Below are positions 38,071 to 51,360 of a stretch of DNA of 64,000 bases, in pieces. Positions within the stretch are counted from its first letter, which is position 1; every line of letters starts with the position of its first letter. The position numbers and the translations under genes were made by a program. The notes beneath the pieces were generated by a model. That model did not search any database. It was given only the letters and a program-made list of their open reading frames with translations, and was not told the origin of the DNA. The stretch comes from Podarcis cretensis (lineage: Eukaryota). The stretch is taken from the NCBI GenBank assembly GCA_951804945.1, contig OX638150.1, positions 102,858,001 through 102,922,000 on the forward strand, in the 5' to 3' direction.

Positions 38071-39074
38071 TGAACCACAAGAACACAGTCTATGAATAAT
38101 GCTCCTCTTACTTGTTGCTGCTGTTGTCTTATTACCTGTTGTTCATATGAAAGAGCCAGGGAGGGTTACAACAATTAAAACACAATGCTATGAAAAGCTT
38201 AACACAATTTATTGAAATAGTCAAACTCAAACCATCATGACACCAAAGAATGAATATTCAAACATTATGAATATGTGAGATCACTTCAGGGTTTACACCT
38301 TGCTGCTGGTAGCGAGATACACTGTCTGCAGCACAGTAACTCAAGGGTAGCCATCCTAGCTACTTCCAGATATTTGATGGACTCCAACTCCCATCAGCCT
38401 CAGCCAGTATGGCCAGTGGTCAGGGATGATGGGAGTTGGAGTCCAACAAACATCAGGAAAGCACTATGCGGGCTTCCCCTTGTAGTAACGGAATTGTTTT
38501 GAGATGCGGGCCTTCTTGAGACACTGCAGGAAACATAGTACTGTAGCTCAACATACTATTGAAAAGATGTCAAAACTGAGAACTTTATTAGACACTCCAG
38601 TATCAAGTCTCCTTGCATGAAAAACAGTGAACAAACACTTCAAATGGTAGCATCAGCCAAGAACACACCACTATTAGTAAGAGTAGTTAAAAACAGATTG
38701 ATTCCATTGCAATCAGCACTTTATTTATTTTAAGAGGGAGAGAAACTGGTCATATTGCATGCCATTAAACACTCGAAAGGAAACAGCTGTAAATCTGGCA
38801 ATTAAGGGGGCATAATTGGACTGTTCTGAGCATATGTGTCAATGGATGCAAACTGGTGTAGAATTTGCCACAACAAAAACAAAATGAGCAGAAGGTTGCT
38901 GTTTCCTATTTTAAGTTTTAAATGACAACTCATATGGAGCATTAAGTGCAAAAAAAGGAGATGTGAGATTTTAAACCTATTATGTGGCAAGGATGATTGT
39001 GTCACCCTAAGTGTTTCCTTTTTTTAGTTCCACTATGTTCAGAGGAATACACACACTGGCCAGTGTGTTTAGGT

Positions 39075-39590
39075 TTGCTGCAAAAGTGACAAAGAGTCCT
39101 ATGGAACTTTAAAGATGCACAAATTTATTTATTTATTTACAAATTTATTATAGCATAGTTCCAGTTACAGATAGGTAGCCATGTTGGTCTGCCATAGTCA
39201 AAACAAAATAAAAAAATTCCTTCCAGTAGCACCTTAAAGACCAACTAAGAATACTTAGTTATATACTTAGTATATAATATAGTATACTTAGTATACTTAG
39301 TATACTTAGTATACTTAGTAATATACTATACTTAGTATACTTAGTATATACTTAGTTGGTCTTTAAGGTGCTACTGGAAGGAATTTTTTTATTTTGTTTT
39401 TATTATAGCATAAGCTTTCATGGATTACAGTCCAGTTTATCAGATGCATGAAGTGTTATCCTGAGTTGGTTGGTATATATTCAAGTATACAGTATGTATA
39501 CCTGCAACTCATAGCACTTCCTGCATTTTATGGGGTAAACTTTGATCCACAAAAGGCATAAGATATTTGTTAGCCTTTAAGAGGCCAGAA
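39075..39590. mobile_element. Old Penelope-like palindromic remnant carrying a younger Penelope-derived hairpin insertion (39158-39400)
   Basis: Outer inverted arms with aagctttcatgga...tcagatgcatgaagtg. Inner insertion begins gttccagttacagataggtagccatgttggtc and is flanked by tattatagcata duplicates. Confidence 0.75.
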
Positions 39591-40400
39591 TGGAATCAAC
39601 ATCAATGGAAGATATCTAAATTGTCTATGATATGCAGAAGATATAGTTGCAATAGCCAAAGGTCAACAAGAACTGTAAAAAAATGTTGGAAGAAATAAAT
39701 GAAGTATCAAAAGGTAGGACTGAAGATGAACCTAAAGGTAAAGGTACCCCTGACCATTAGGTCCAGTTGTGCTCATCTCGCTTTATTGGCTGAGGGAGCC
39801 GGCGTACAGCTTCCGAGTCATGTGGCCAGCATGACTAAGCCACTTCTGGCGAACCAGAGCAGCGCACGGATACGCCGTTTACCTTCCTGCTGGAGCGGTA
39901 TCTATTTATCTACTTGCACTTTGACATGCTTTCGAACTGCTAGGTTGGCAGGAGCAGGTAAGCTCACCCCATCGCAGGGATTCGAACCGCCGACCTTCTG
40001 ATTGGCAAGCCCTAGGCTCTGTGGTTTAACCCACAGCCAAACTAAAATAATGTATTACATGTGATGTTTTGGAGAGAAGACTTGGACCATGACACAGAGA
40101 AACATGAACAGCTTAAGAATAATACAATGTACCATGGAATGTTCAATGTCAGGAATATAAAAGACAGAAAAGCTAGTAACTGGATATGACAGAGACCAGA
40201 AGTTATGGATGGAGTAGTGAAAGCCATGAAGTTGAAGTTGGACATAAGGCAGGACATGTTACAAGGGGCAATTTAGGCCAATGGACTAAAGAAGGGTTAG
40301 CATGGAGAGCCTACAATTTCAAAAGACCAAGGCGGAACCACAGGCGGATGATCTGAAACTAACAGCAAGGCTTATGTGGACGCAAGGAGCAAACAGCAGA
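39590..40400 (+). mobile_element. Decayed RTE-clade LINE fragment interrupted by a Sauria SINE
   Basis: NGININGRYLNCL*YAEDIVAIA (YADD-like), KVGLKMNL|..TKIM across the SINE, and KLK..AGHV.R further 3'. Confidence 0.7.
39735..40038 (-). mobile_element. Sauria SINE with internal deletions
   Basis: aaaggtaaaggtacc tail, tatttatctacttgcac, gggattcgaacc B box. Confidence 0.9.
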
Positions 40401-42688
40401 AAGCAATGGAGAGAACTTGAAGAGGCATGTATCCAAATATGGATATGAGATGCTGGGGGGAAACAAAACAAGAAGATGCCACAAAACTCTTTGGGGGTTT
40501 TTTCTTTTCTTTTGCCAGGAGAATAATGTGGTTACATCTTTGGAAGTAGGTTTGAGGCTGAATCAAGCTGAGTTTTGTCACTGGCTGGTTATCACTAGAA
40601 AATTAGTCAATAAAAAGGGCATTTAAGAAAACAGAAAACACTGTGCTTTAGTAGCTTTATCATAAACTGCTCTAGGAAATCAGCAACATATCAGTTTGGA
40701 AGAAAAATGAATTATAATGTTTCGCTTTCCTACCTAAAAGTCATAATTTTGAAGATTTTTTCATAATATCAAAATCTGTCCAAGGGGACAGACTATTGGG
40801 TGAGAGTCAAGCTATACAGTCAGACTACACAAGTCTGAACAACTCTGTGATTCTTGATGGATACTTGATGCCAATGATGCTATTAATTGTAGAAAGCTCC
40901 TCTAAAACTAATGTGGCTGAAAAGACTAAAGAGTCAAAATCCATAGCACCATAAAGCCCTGACTGCTGCCTTCTTGCATTGGTGTCTCGTCCAACTCTAC
41001 AGCTCTACGATTCCTTAAGCCAAGCTCTTTGTGGGTCAGCAATCCACCCCATAAGCACCCTCATGGAGTCATGCTGTCCAGTCCCTGAAGTGTTTTACAC
41101 CTCTGGCTCAAAGCTCAAGAGATCTGTAGGTTTGAGTTGGCAGAAGGAAGTGTATGTGGTGCAATCCTCGTATTAAGCTGATAGCAGTCTCTGGATAGCA
41201 TTCTTTGTACCTCCCTTTGAATGCTCCATACATTTCTGCTTTGTCTTGGCTGAAAAAAGGGAGGCAACAGAAGAACCTTGAGGTGGGCAGGAGGGGGTGG
41301 GGAAAGGAGAAGCACTTTCTCTTCAAAGTCTAGGTAGTTTCTTCCATCCTGCCACAATGCCTCACCCTTCCCTTAAAAGGCCCCAGTTCAAAGTTCATTG
41401 CAAAGTTCAGGAAGCACAGAGGGTGGTATGCATAAACAATGGTACATAGATATTGTGGCTTTTGTATAAAACAAAATGATATACTGGTCATATGACAGAA
41501 AGCGTCAAGCTTCTTCTAACTGACTCTAAGACAATCATAGATAGTCACAACTAGATTATTTCTACCCTGCCTAGATAATGTGAAATTCCATATACATAAT
41601 CCAAAAATCTTCAGCACACATAGGTGACCTAATGTATCATGGTTTGCTATAAAATAAACACAGATCCAACCACATGTGCTGCAGAGACAGACAGGCAGAC
41701 ACATGATATAGCAACACAATTAAATTATGGGCAGAAAGCAAAAGCTCCATTTCCATGCCTAACTTGTCCTTCAATGTATTTCACTGTGATTGTCTAGCTG
41801 GATGATAAGATGCACGAAACAAGCACATCATCATCATTAGGCTCCAGTTGCAACACTGTTTGGAACCAAAGTATGCAGAATTTTCTAGCCTAGCTAGTTT
41901 TCTACACCAACAACTGGTTTTCTGAAGCAAGCCTTCACCACCAGCTAGATTCCCTGCTCCCTGAGTTGTTGTTGTTGTTTTGTTTTGTTTTTTGCTCTGT
42001 TTTGGGTGTTCTTCAGACTTTAGATAGGCCACATGACTTGATCCTTTCAGCTTCTGCCCCATCCTTGAAATAGAGATACTGTAATAACTATTAAAATACA
42101 GTATTCACAGGCAAAGATACAAACTGCCAGTATTTAGCCCAGCAACATACATTTCCTTCAAACAGCATTTCCGTGTAGAAAAGGTAGGCTCAAAGCATAT
42201 AATTCATGCCCAACAGGCATTCCCATCAACTGATGAACTGTTTCTATGGCACACTTCATTTAGCAGTTAAGACTGTTCCTACAGAGCATTTAATTAGCAG
42301 CTAAAACTTTTTATTAAAAGCTTTCTTATGCATTCCACCAACATAAAATGAATTTATGCACAAGAAGCAATGGGGTGGGGAATAATAATAGATTGGCAGC
42401 ACTCCCCTCATTGTTTACACATTTCCGTAGGAAAGAGTTAGATATAAAACTATTCTAAGTTTCACACAACCATGTGTAAAGCAAACTAGGGAAAACTTAT
42501 GGGGAAATATGGGCATAAGTGCATATGCAAGCATACTTAACATTGAACTCACACAGAAGAAAAGAATCACAAAAAACGCTTCTTCAAGGGGCTTGTGTAT
42601 GTCAACGCAAACGTCAGATGTGTGTACTAAACGTCAGACGAATGTACAAGTTCATAATATGTGTGAATCAAAACACACACCCCACACA

Positions 42689-42719
<31 letters not shown>

Positions 42720-43979
42720 TACATAATTTGCTAGCCATTCAACATTAGAGGGGATGTGATTAATCTTCCACGACAGGCTCTGAACTTTCCGTTCAAATGG
42801 GTTCTTCCTCTTCCTTCAGACCTACTGGCAATGGATGTCATTTGACCTGCAGATTTCACTCCGAATAAGGATCAGAGAAACAAACACTGACATTATTCCG
42901 CTAACCAATTATCTGCCTCAATTTACTGCTCAAGCCCAGAGACTAGTTTGCTAAATGCATAACAACTAGAAGGGGGGGGGGGAGAAATGTTTGATAGAAA
43001 GGAGGGGGAAATATTGTCAGTTCTTTCGTTTTTGCACTTAAATGAGCAGAGTGGATGAAGCCAAAGGAAGCCAGGCACAAAGCAAGCAAATTTGAGTTTG
43101 GGGAGGTGGAGGTGGAGGGGGCTGGGATCTAAAATACCATTCATCTGGGCTGGCTCAAAAAGTGGGGAAGGAGAAGCCAGGCCTTCTCAAGGGTTTTTGT
43201 GGGGAGGCCAAATAGGCTCCTTAGAAAGGGGCAATGGATAACGAATAACAGGAATAGAGAGAAGCTTTTGAAACATTTTGCCTGCCCTTACCCCCCCCCC
43301 CATCCTCTTTCCTTTCCCCAGCAGGTTGTTAGGAGGAACATGTGCCTCTACTCCATCCTGTGTTTACACTTTGGGAAACTCTCACTGCCATATCTCCTTC
43401 CCCAATTTCCTATCCTGGGGAAGGAAAGGCAGCAAGACTGTGTCTTTCTCCACCTCCTCACACTTAACCCCAAATCCAATTCTTCACCCTATGTCTTCCT
43501 CCTCAAGGGACTTACAATCCTAGCCAGGCTTCACCAGAACCTTGAAGGGGGTTGGGAGGGAGGGAGGGGAGGAGAAGGAAACACACCTGTTTCATCAAGC
43601 CAGAGGAAGTGAATGCAAAACAGAGAGGGCTATTATTCCCTAAATAGAAAACAAGCACTTAGCAACCTTTCTAGGTGGACTTGAATGCCAGAACCCTCTT
43701 AAAAATAAACTAAAAAATGCACTCCTCTTCCTACCTCAGAAGGGGAAGAATAAACCTGGAGCTGGGTTTTCCTGCTCCCACCCTCGAAAGGAAAAGCAGT
43801 TGGTGGAGATCCAGAGGGGTTTGGATTTGCAAGACCCCCCCCCAAAAAAGGGGACACCCTTCCCCTAATCAGCAGAGGCTCAAGAAGTCACCGAAACCAC
43901 TGCCTTGAGACCAAGGGGAGTCTAGCCGACCCAGGCACCCCTCACTCATAGATATCCAGCCCCACACAAGCCCAAACAC

Positions 43980-44900
43980 CACCCCTTCCGCTCGCTCGCT
44001 CGCCCTCCCTTCTCCACCTCTTCCCGCTGGCAGTCCGACTTACCCACTCCAGCACCCTCAGGAAAGCCAGGGGCTCCTTCAGCGCCCGGAAGGTTCCCTT
44101 GGAGGCGAGCTGGGGGGGGGGGAGAGAAAAGCCAGTAAGGGCAGAGTTAGGGCAGGAGGGGTGCCAACCCCCGCGGCGAAGCCTCCCGGCGCGCGCGCTT
44201 CTCCCTCCCTCCCTCCCTCAGGCGCCCTTACCTGGTTAACGGGTTCCATCCCTGCCCGGCTTTTGGCGCGCAAACTTCAGCTTCCCCGGAGGAGGCGGCG
44301 TCCAGGTGCAAGGAGCGCCCTGGAGAGGCTCTAGGCGGCTTGCCCGCGCCGAGCAAGGCAGCCGAGGAGCCCGGCTTGGAGCGAGCGAGGCGGGCGGGGG
44401 GAAAAAACCCAGAAGAGCTGAGCTCCCAGCGAACATCCACGCCCGAGCCGAGCGCGCAGGGCGGAGGGAAGGAGAGGAGAAGGAGGAGGAGGTGGGGTGG
44501 GCTGCCCGGGCTCGCCGCTCTGCCGCGCTTTAGTCGCCTGAAGAAGCGAGGGCGAGGTGGCCGGGCCGCTGCTTGAGAGAGGAGGGGGACGCTTCAGCCG
44601 CTCGCTTCGCCTTCTCACGGGCTGAGCGCTTCTCCCCTCACAAACCTCTGGACGGTGCTGGCGCGCTTCCTCAGCAGGTCGAAGCGGAGGCAGAAATAAG
44701 AACAGGAGGAGGACTTTTTGAAGAGAGGGGACGCGCTGCCACTCCGGCGCGTTTTTTCCCGCGCAGCGTCCCTGCGAAAAGCGGCGCGCTCGCTTCAGTC
44801 GGCGTCTTCCCGCCGAGGGAAGAGCTGCGCCCTCCCTCGCGCGCGCGACGTGGGACTCGTAGCCCGATCCTACGTCTCCTCAGAAGCCGCCTTATACCGA
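43980..44900. promoter_or_regulatory. CpG island promoter
   Basis: Abrupt GC/CpG enrichment (gcgcgcgc, GC boxes gggcgg) against an AT-rich, CpG-depleted background; not part of a recognisable repeat. Confidence 0.92.
44232..44249 (-). CDS. Probable coding end of the first exon of an unidentified gene (MEPVNQ, phase-0 intron)
   Basis: Strong Kozak context gcagggATGG and a near-consensus donor CAG|gtaagg at 44232/44231 within the CpG island. The exon could instead be non-coding. Confidence 0.55.
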
Positions 44901-45067
44901 ATCAGAGCACTGGCCCGTCTAGCTCAGTAATGCCTACACTGACTGGCAGCGGCTGTCTAGGTTTTATCGCGCAAGTCTCCCAGCCCTACCTGGAGAGGCC
45001 TGGGATTGAACCGGGGACCTTTTGCTTGCAAGGCGGACCCTCTACCACTAAGCTATGGCCCTTCCCC
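44882..45067 (-). mobile_element. tRNA-derived SINE (Squam2-like) at the CpG island edge
   Basis: Reverse complement ggggaagggccatagcttagtggtagag...ggttcaatcccagg (A/B boxes). Relatives at ~3120-3240, 47480-47670 and 63050-63242. Confidence 0.82.
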
Positions 45068-46326
45068 TCTTACTTGGGAGTAAGCCCCAGGGAACGCAAT
45101 GGAGGGGTGACAGCACAGGCCGTGAGTGCAAGTGGCATAAGCAAAAATAAACCCCTGCCTCCAAGGAGTTTACAGTCTGAAATAAGCAATGGGGGAAAGC
45201 AATAGAGGGAGCAGTGGATGCAGATAATACTTGTTTACTACACCGTGCATGCGGTTTAGCCCTGTCTCTGTGTATGTATTTTTCTCTCAGTTAAGCTAAA
45301 TTAGATTTCTTTCCAGCATATATGTGCTAGGTTTGTACACATCCTCAGCAAATGTGCAGTGCAATCCTAACCATGCCTACCATGAGAAGCAGGTCTTACT
45401 GAATTCAGCGGGGCTTGCACCTGGGTAAATGGGGTTGTCTCAATGTAGGAGTCAGCACCATTCATTGATCACCAGTGGGATTTGCTTCCCTGGAAGCAGA
45501 CATGCAGAGGACTAGGCTGAATAAGGAAGTGGGTGGAAAGCAAGCCAAAGAGATAACTAAAGCCAAGTCGTCTGAGGGTTTTATGGCTGCAATGATGTGC
45601 TACTCTTTGGACTGGCAGAGATCAGCATGAGGATTAGCACAGTGTGACTTACAGGTGTTGGGCAATGGCATGCTTCTTTGGCAGCACACCAATTAGAGCC
45701 TTAAAAGTCCTCTAATTATGTGCTCCTCTTCATGGAAACTAAAACCTCATTAAAGAGTCACTGTTGTTGTTTTTTGCAGCGTTCCTCACAATATCGAGAT
45801 AAAACATCCCGGAACATTGCACATCTCTTGAAATGCTGCACTGTTTTGAACACACCAGCTTGGCTGCTGCCTTTCTTGAAGCACCGAGGGGACATTCTTG
45901 AGTGCATTTATTTAGAACACACCATTGGGAAGTGTGCCACTTGAATCCCGAATGGATTCTTCCTCTGGGGTGCAAGCAGGAGGCTGCTATTCTACACCCT
46001 CAAGCAAAACTAAATGAGAGGAGGCATGGCATGAAGGGTTCCTGTGAGGCCTCTGCCTCTCTTCTCGATGGGGCACATTTCTGAGGAGCAACAGAGTGGA
46101 ATTCCTGACATTATTCCTCCACCCCAAGGAAGAAAAACAGAACCCAGAGGTGTGTACGTAAAGCTCTGGGTGTCATAAAAATGCAAATACATGTAATGGA
46201 AAAGTTTCGGCATTTTAAACCCTGCCCCCCATGACTCTGCTTGATCCCTCTGTTTCTACAGCTATCCTCCCACCCCTTCTTTCTTGATCATTGCTACCTC
46301 AATGTTTATGAGACTTTTTAAAAATA

Positions 46327-46552
46327 CAGTGGTACCTCAGGTTGCATACACTTCAGGTTACAGACTCCACTAACCCGGAAATAGTGCTTCAGGTTAAGAA
46401 TTTTGCTTCAGGATGAGAACAGAAATTGTGCTCCGGCGGCGTGGCAGCAGCAGGAGGCCCCATTAGTTAAAGTGGTGCTTCAGGTTAAGAACAGTTTCAG
46501 GTTAAGTACGGACCTCCGGAACGAATTAAGTACTTAACCCGAGGTACCACTG
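46327..46552 (+). mobile_element. Tc1/pogo-type MITE, copy 3
   Basis: TA-flanked TIRs; 226 bp. Confidence 0.93.
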
Positions 46553-47479
46553 TATGGGAAACACAAATTTGCAATTTGGAAAACTTTATTTCTTAAAAGA
46601 GAACCAAACCTTGAAAGCAGAAGAAAGGAAGAGAGCGCTAAAGCTCTAATCAAAAGCTTATTCACATAAGATAGAATACATGATCATTTAAATATTTCCA
46701 AGCCCTGTTTTAGATTCTGCCCCATATCTACATTTGTATTTGCACTTTACCCAATTCGAATTCCCTATTACGATCTGATTTCACGCCTGCATTAACTTAT
46801 GAAATTACCTGTTCTACCTCTCAGAATATTCACACTTAACTTTGCTTAAGCATTTACTTCGTTAGCTTTGGTTTTGAAATCCCTAAATATCTCCAGATGT
46901 TGTTGGACTACAGTTCCCTGGCCTTATGACATGGTGGCTAGGGCTGAAAGGAGTTTGAATCCAGCAACTTCTGCAGGGCCACAGGTTAGCCAACCTGCCA
47001 CAAGTGGTATTTCAGAAACAGCCCCTCTTAGATTAACCCTGTTCAAGAACTTTGTGTAGTTTCTGAGGCCCTTTCTCATGGTCCACCCCCACTGGCAGAG
47101 GTGTGGTTGGTGAGAACAAGACAGAAGATCATTTTGATTGTGGCACCCAGATTATGGAATGACCTCACTCAGCGTGATTCTTTGGCCTCCCCATTGCCTG
47201 CTTTTAAGAGGGAAGAGTAGTCTGGTCAGCTGTTTCTATCCTGAAGGATTGAAGTAATTGTTGGGGAATAATCTGTGTGATACTTTTGCCATAATCTAAA
47301 ACAGAAATACTACTGTATATGACTATTTATTGATTCTCACTTCATTATTTTTTAAAAACAAAGAATGGAAAGCTGATTTTTCCACATTTGCATCTGTTTT
47401 AAAAGCTAGCTTGAATATGTAACACACAGGATAAGACCAATAGATTTATGTGTTGAAATAATTGTCTCATTTTCATCAT

Positions 47480-47670
47480 AGGGCTATAGGACACTCTCTC
47501 ACGCTGAGTCAAAGCCATTGGTCCATCTAGTTCAGCACGGTCTACTCCGGCAGCAGCTATCAAAGTTTCAGACAGGACACTCTCAGCTTTCCCCAGAAAT
47601 GCCAGGAATTGAACCTGGAAACTTCTGCATGGAAAGAAAATACTCTACTGCAGAGCTATGGCCTTTCACC
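47480..47670 (-). mobile_element. Squam2-like SINE, decayed
   Basis: ccaggaattgaacctgg...ctctactgcagagctatggcc; collinear with the 44882 copy. Confidence 0.75.
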
Positions 47671-49406
47671 ATGAGTTAAGCCCACGAGTTAATGGAAATT
47701 GCAATATTTAGAAATGTTGCAACTTAGTTATTAAAAAAATTAAAGCCCTCCAAATAAAATAACCAGCAGAATCTCTAAAGATCATCCCAGGAGGGACTGT
47801 GTAATGGGATGTTTCTCTAGCCCCTTAATAAAAACTGCATTTAAAAAGAACCTGTGACACTGATTCCACTTCTTCATTATTACAATGAAGGGGAATAGAT
47901 CAGGTAAGAGGCAAGCCGAATTTAAGTGCACCAAAGCATGCTCAGATATCTCTTGCTGGAATTAATGGAACTTTCCTGTTGAAACCAAATTGGCCTCCTC
48001 ATCCACAATCAGTGGATGAGAGAGATCTTGCTCAGAGCCAACCTGGCATTCAGCCACAGCAGCCACAGACCCAACACCCAGCTGATAAAAGACAACCACA
48101 ATTCCCCAGGTTGGAGGAGGGGCTAGCACACAGCACAGTCACTAGCCTATGCTATGTGCCCCTTACCCAGGCTGTCCCATACCCTACCCTGAACCATTGT
48201 GAATGGGTTCCCATCCCCTGCTCTTCCCAGCTCTTCTCTAAAGGAACTGTTTTGTTTATTGAGATGGGCCTATATAGACTAGAGACACTTGTTGCTGAGG
48301 AAAGCCACCTAACACCTTGTAACGGACTCTTGCAGTTCTTATGCTTTATAAACAGACAGGCTGAATGTGGCTTGCTATGCCAGAAGAATTGCCTACAGGT
48401 GGTCAGCCGATCCTGGCTCTCCATCCACTGCTTGATTTCTTGCTGTGCTTCTTCTTGATTCTGAGCTTTCTGTATTGATGGATGAGACTGCCTAGTTAAG
48501 CTCTCTGAAAACAGCATATGTATTCTGTATGTGGTCAGAAAGATGTGACACCTAGAAAGGAGTCATGAAGAATCTACTATATACAGTAAGCTTTACAGAA
48601 TCTACTCTAGATTTGAAGGGTGCCTGGTTAAAAATGTTGGCGTTTGGGCTTCCAGGCTGAACAACCACGAGGTTTTGTGATAACTGCCAATCATGGGGAC
48701 AGTGCTGAGACATTACTTTTCATGGGCCAGTTTCTGTTGTTGAAAATGTGCACATTTTCCTGCCTCACACAGTTCTTTTCAAAGCAGGAAGAAAAGGCTT
48801 TCCAGCCACTAGCTTTTTTTGCTTCTTGAGAAGAAAATGGCAATTTTTTTCTTATCTCAGTGGGAGGGGGCGGATTTCACAGTACCTTTTAAAGTGCTCT
48901 AAATTGCAGAGTGCTTTAAAATGTTTTAAGGGTGTGTCACAAAAGAGGGCAAAACATAAATAAAATCCAAAAGTGACCGCCAAGCCAAAACTGGTTGAGT
49001 TAGAAGCAGTTTGGCACTGTATGCTGAAGACTGTACTGCATCAGCTCCTGAGCATTTCAGTGGAACCAGCAGTGTGTTGCTGTGACTCTTTTTACTCTCT
49101 TCGTATACATTGATAAACATGGGAAAAGAGGGAACTCTCGCAGCAGCTCCTTGGAGGCCTGTTGTCAGCTAGAATGGTGGGTAAAAAGATGAGTATGGGT
49201 AAGTAAGCAAGGGTCTCTGGGATGCACAGGAAGGTGTTTATCCATACTTCCATGCCATATCGCAAAAAACAATTTTGAAAGCACCCTCCATCCCAAAACT
49301 GGCTTTCCATGTGGTCTGTAGAGGCTGTTGCTCAAGAAGGACAAGGACAAATATCCCCTTGGGCACATGGAATGATTGCCAAAGTTCCTTTATTCACAGC
49401 TACTAT

Positions 49407-49632
49407 CATTAGTACCTCGGGTTAAGTACTTAATTTGTTCCAGAGGTCCGTTCTTAACCTGAAACTGTTCTTAACCTGAAACACCACTTTAGCTAATGGG
49501 GCCTCCCACTGCTGCCATGCCGCTGGAGCACGGTTTCTGTTCTCATCCTAAAGCAAAGTTCTTAATCCAAGGTACTATTTCTAGGTTAGCAGAATCTGTA
49601 ACCTGAAGCGTATGTAACCCGAGGTACCACTG
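49407..49632 (-). mobile_element. Tc1/pogo-type MITE, copy 4 (left TIR damaged)
   Basis: Reverse-orientation body ending gaggtaccactg|TA. Confidence 0.9.
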
Positions 49633-50988
49633 TAATTGTAATTTCCGTTGCAGTGTTCATAGCACTTTCACTTTCTTGCCTCGTTGATCTCCGGGTAAAT
49701 GGATATAGTTTTCATGGTTTTTGTTGTCTTTAAATGTCTGCACTCCTTGCTGCTCAGAGAACTTTGTATGTAAACAGCACATAGTTGCCAGTACCAGAGA
49801 GAAGCAGCCATCAACCATGGCATTGCACTGGTCAGTTTGTTTTAGGGGGCAAAACAAGCTCCAGCTGCAGACCTGCAGGGCTGTGGGGAGCAGCTGCATC
49901 CTCAGCACAGCTGCACATGACAGCTGGGGGAGAAGGTAGGGGGGGTGAGGACAATTGCTGGGCCAACCTGGAGCTGGCATGGAGAGTAGGCCTAGATGTA
50001 GCATGATGCTGCCACACAATCTTGGTGGAACTGGCTTGAGATGCAACAGGTCTCAGGCCAGCTCAGCCCTGACCACCTCCAGAATGTGCCATTTCAGGTT
50101 CTTCTCATGGCTGCTTCCAGCAGGGGTGCTGCTGCAGCACTTTCTCTCCATCACACATTCAGTGGGTGGAAGGGAATGCTTTGCAAAAGCAAAGTGTCAG
50201 CAGTATCCACTGGGAAGCCAGTTTAGGCAGCAGAGCTGGATGAAGGGACATCTCTGTCCAGACTCCAGGAAGGGCAGTTTGGATGGTTCTCCTCAAATGT
50301 TGTGAATAGTATACACACAATATTTCCATAGAACCACAAGGAGAGAGAGATGCAGATCATTTAAAAAAAACATCAAGGTAGCCTACACAGATTAAAACGA
50401 GACTAAAGAAACATGAAAATACATTAACTGAAAATACTAACCTTACAAACATCCCAAACCAACAATAAAACTGCAAATGGTTTATAAATCTTAAAATTTA
50501 CTGAATGTCAAAAAGCTGGGCAAATAAAAAGGCCTTTGCTTGGTGTCTAGGACACCTGGGTCATCAAGCAATATATTCAATATCTGTGTAGGAAAGGTGA
50601 GTGCTCAACTTGCCAGGGAAATGGGATCTAGTAAAGTGTGGTAAGCTTGATCATAAAAAAAAATAGTTGACTTCCACCCAATGTCTATGGTGTGACCTCC
50701 CTCAGGAGGCTCACCTGACACCAACATTGCAAGCTTTTTGATGACAACCTTCCTATTAATCTGGGCATTTTAGCTCAGGAATGATGACCTTCATGCCTTG
50801 GGGTTGACTGGGGACTCCAATCCTCTCTCTCTGGACCTTGAGGTTCTCCCCACAATGACCCTTCTCTACGCCCTCCTTCAGTGTTTTTGCTTGGCTGGAA
50901 TGTTTCTGTGGACTCTGATAATGCCTCTTGCCTCTCTACATGGAGTATGGAGGAGGATGTGCAGAAGTTAGCCTACTTTGCAAAGGGG

Positions 50989-50989
<1 letters not shown>

Positions 50990-51032
<43 letters not shown>

Positions 51033-51360
51033 TATTACTTATACCCCCGCCCATCTGGCTGGGTTTCCCCAGCCACTCTGGGTGGCTTCCAACAGGAGAT
51101 TAAAAATACATTAAAACATCAGTCATTAAAAACTTCCCTAAACAGGACTGACTTCAGATGTCTTCTAAACATCAGTTGTTGTTCTTCTCTTTGACATCTG
51201 ATGGGAGGGCGTTCCACAGGCACCACTACCGAGAAGGCCCTCTGCCTGGTTCCCTGTAACTGCACTTCTCACGGTGAGGGAACCACCAAAAGGCCCTCAG
51301 CGCTGGACCTCAGTATCCAGGCAGAATGATGGGGGTGGAGAAACTCCTTCAGGGAGTGGA
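50990..51360 (-). mobile_element. L2-type LINE 3' end with (TAA)n tail
   Basis: (ata)n followed by atacccccgcccatctggctggg...gggagggcgttccacagg...accgagaaggccctctgcc. Confidence 0.8.

Noticed and set aside
39250-39350. CRISPR-like or telomeric array
   Set aside because: Eukaryotic context with no spacers; the unit TATACTTAG is not (TTAGGG)n.
44995-45067. Possible tRNA gene (also the other SINE heads)
   Set aside because: tRNA-like head continues into a multi-copy SINE body, with no proper acceptor stem or terminator.
44573-45205. 210-aa ORF and other ORFs in the CpG island
   Set aside because: Stop-poor GC-rich DNA running into a SINE; non-ATG start and no domain features.
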